From the NCBI RefSeq assembly GCF_009914755.1, contig NC_060934.1: 64,000 nt of DNA. One strand, given 5' to 3'. A program made the translations under genes and the position numbers. This DNA is from the human T2T-CHM13v2.0 reference genome, Homo sapiens. This document shows positions 61,800-64,000 of this stretch, piece by piece. Positions within the stretch are counted from its first letter, which is position 1. The number at the start of each line of letters is the position of its first letter. The notes under the pieces are model-generated. The model saw nothing but the letters and a program-made list of their open reading frames with translations. It did no database searches and was not told the DNA's origin.

Positions 61800-62700
61800 C
61801 TATTTAAAAAAAAAAGCATACTTAAGATCAATAGAGTAAAAAAATTACTACATGATACATTATATGAGATTAATAAAAATAAAATACTTTAAGTCAACAT
61901 ATTGGCTGATTCTGCTATATATCAATATATCGCCATGATTCAGCCATCAAATAATTCTTAGTTTCTAGAATAATCATAACTATACCCAGATTGATTAAAA
62001 TAAAAATATTTCATATGGTGGCACCTCTCCCTAAATGTATTACCTAAAATTTTGCTTTGAAATACTTGTGAAATGTCATTGCTTCTCTTTACTTTGTGGG
62101 CTTACTTTATAACTTCTCTGTTCATTCTCATTTTAAATTATAGTCTGCTCAAGAAGTGAATAAAAAAGAAACTATTTTTAAGGAAAAATGTAAGCCTAAG
62201 TTATATTGGGGAATAACTAAGGGGAATTGGGTAAATCTCCTTAGGCTGTAGTTTTTTTACTACACTGAGCATAGTAAATATATTATGTATTTGTAACAGT
62301 AAATATTATTATTTTACTTTTTAAAAGACCAGTGGGATAGCAGTATAGAAGTGTACTTCCCATGCAAGGGATTCCCTTGCATAGGTTTATGATAATCACA
62401 GTATGATGGAATAGGCTTCTCTGGAAGCTTAGGAAACAGCCATCTCTGAAGAAATCCAAGCAAGGACCAGAGGTTCATCTGTTAAAGTGAACTGATGAAA
62501 GATTTATTTACCAGGAGGAAGCTGGATGTGTTGGCTGCTTATGACAATGGCTGGGAATAAGCTCTAATCTTACCAGGCTAGGCAGTCCTTGGCATTAAAT
62601 AGATCACCATGATGTTGTATTTTTCCATTAATAAAGCTGTGGTTATAGCTTCCTAAACTGATTGAAAAGGTACATATTCTCTATTAATATCAGCACTTAC

Positions 62701-62779
62701 TGTGATTTTTCATCTGTCTCTGGTAGTGGACCCTTCCAAAGTTCAGATTCTGAAGCACTTTCTTCCTCATCAGAGTTTC
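62701..62779 (-). CDS. FRA10AC1: FRA10AC1 penultimate coding exon ((R)NSDEEESASESELWKGPLPETDEKS(Q))
   Basis: Minus strand aacag|GA AAC ... TCA CA|gtaagt; 79 nt. Acidic C-terminal peptide recognised; FRA10AC1 is the known tail-to-tail neighbour of PDE6C. Confidence 0.9.
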
Positions 62780-63269
62780 CTGTTCATTTAAAAAAGATGA
62801 TTTTTAAAAACCTATTATACTTAAAGCACATTTTGAATTATTCGCCAATACAATTAACTTTTTATTTAACTCAGCTTCAACTTTTATGACTCTCTAGAAA
62901 TTTAATTCACTCTCACAGGTACAATAAATTCTTTTAAAACATATATAAATAAGCCAAGGGTTACCAAAGAATCTCAGCAAAAAGGCCAAGGATTTTAAGT
63001 CTCATCGAAACTTCTCTAAGTTACACTGAGTTAAAGTAGCAATTCCAATATCAACTCTTGTAAGTCAATTATCTCTTGCAATATAGTTGTCTCTGATCTA
63101 GTTTCTTCTTTTTCTTGGTTACACAGAAGACACGCAAGTTAAGATTTACATTTGTAGAGAACATGTTTACATTAGGATTAGTACCTTAAGAACTGAGCTA
63201 GTATGTAAGACCAGCTAGTTAAATTATTTTAAAAAAAATTGTCAGACATTTTAAAAAACCAATGCTGAT

Positions 63270-63860
63270 TACATAATGAGAAGAAGCCTGTTTCAGGGAA
63301 GAAACTGGCATTCTCACACATTGCTGGGAGTGAAAATTCTGTAAACCTTTTTCTGGAGAAAAATCTGGCAATATAGATCAGTTTAAAACGCATACCCTTT
63401 GACCAGCAATGCTGCTTTTAGGAATTTGATTACTTACATACATAAATAAGCACCTCTGATACATATGTACAAAGATGCACACTGTGTAACAACAACAACA
63501 AAAAACCTAATTCCCCACCAATTAGGGATTAAGGACTGGTTAAATAAATACTATACAGCTGTTTAAAAACATTAGCATATCTGTATGTACTGCAATAGAA
63601 AAATGTCCATTCTATATCAAATTTTTAAAAAGTTACAAAAAGTATGCATAGTATAATAGATATGTTAAAAACATATGCACATCATATACATACATGTAAT
63701 TTTATGTATGTATTGTAAGTTTGCAAAAGCCAACCAAATTTAACTGATTATATTACCTGTGGGCCTGGAATACTTTTACTTTCTATTTTAAACATTTTCA
63801 AATTGTTTGTATTTTAAACAATGAGCATGAATTACCTTCAAAATCAGTAAAAACAATAAA
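63270..63860 (+). mobile_element. Old L1 (L1ME-like) 3' fragment
   Basis: cattctcacacattgctggg...aatctggcaata...gcataccctttgaccagcaat...gactggttaaataaata. Confidence 0.65.
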
Positions 63861-64000
63861 GACATTTTATTAAAGATGACAAAATAGATATGTTTCAAAT
63901 AAATCACCTGTATTAGTCAACTAAAAATTTAAAAATACTGCAAAATTATCAGACAATAACACTATAACTCACAAAGTAGTTACATTAGCAGACAACTCCT

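Overview
Human (primate) genomic DNA, not microbial. The window holds the complete 22-exon PDE6C gene on the + strand (cone cGMP phosphodiesterase alpha' subunit; ATG 4680, stop 57349). I spliced it by hand: 2577 nt, 858 aa, with GAF-A, GAF-B, a PDEase catalytic domain and a C-terminal CaaX motif (CLML). The last two coding exons and the 3'UTR of FRA10AC1 converge on it from the - strand. Introns are filled with about 28 Alu/FLAM copies, old L1/L2/MIR, solo MaLR/ERV LTRs and MITEs (MADE1, MER53, MER1B, MER5). Nearly all ORFs in the supplied track are Alu- or intron-derived noise. This is a well-studied locus and I found no convincing new multi-gene system. The best sequence-level observations are: a candidate sterically mutually exclusive 79-nt exon pair in FRA10AC1; a GC-AG intron and a very weak donor in PDE6C; two uORFs and CRX-type sites at the PDE6C 5' end; a 28-bp pre-miRNA-like hairpin formed by inverted duplication in a MIR; and a twin-primed (5'-inverted) old L1. 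Repeat subfamily names come from recall of consensus sequences, and repeat boundaries are approximate.
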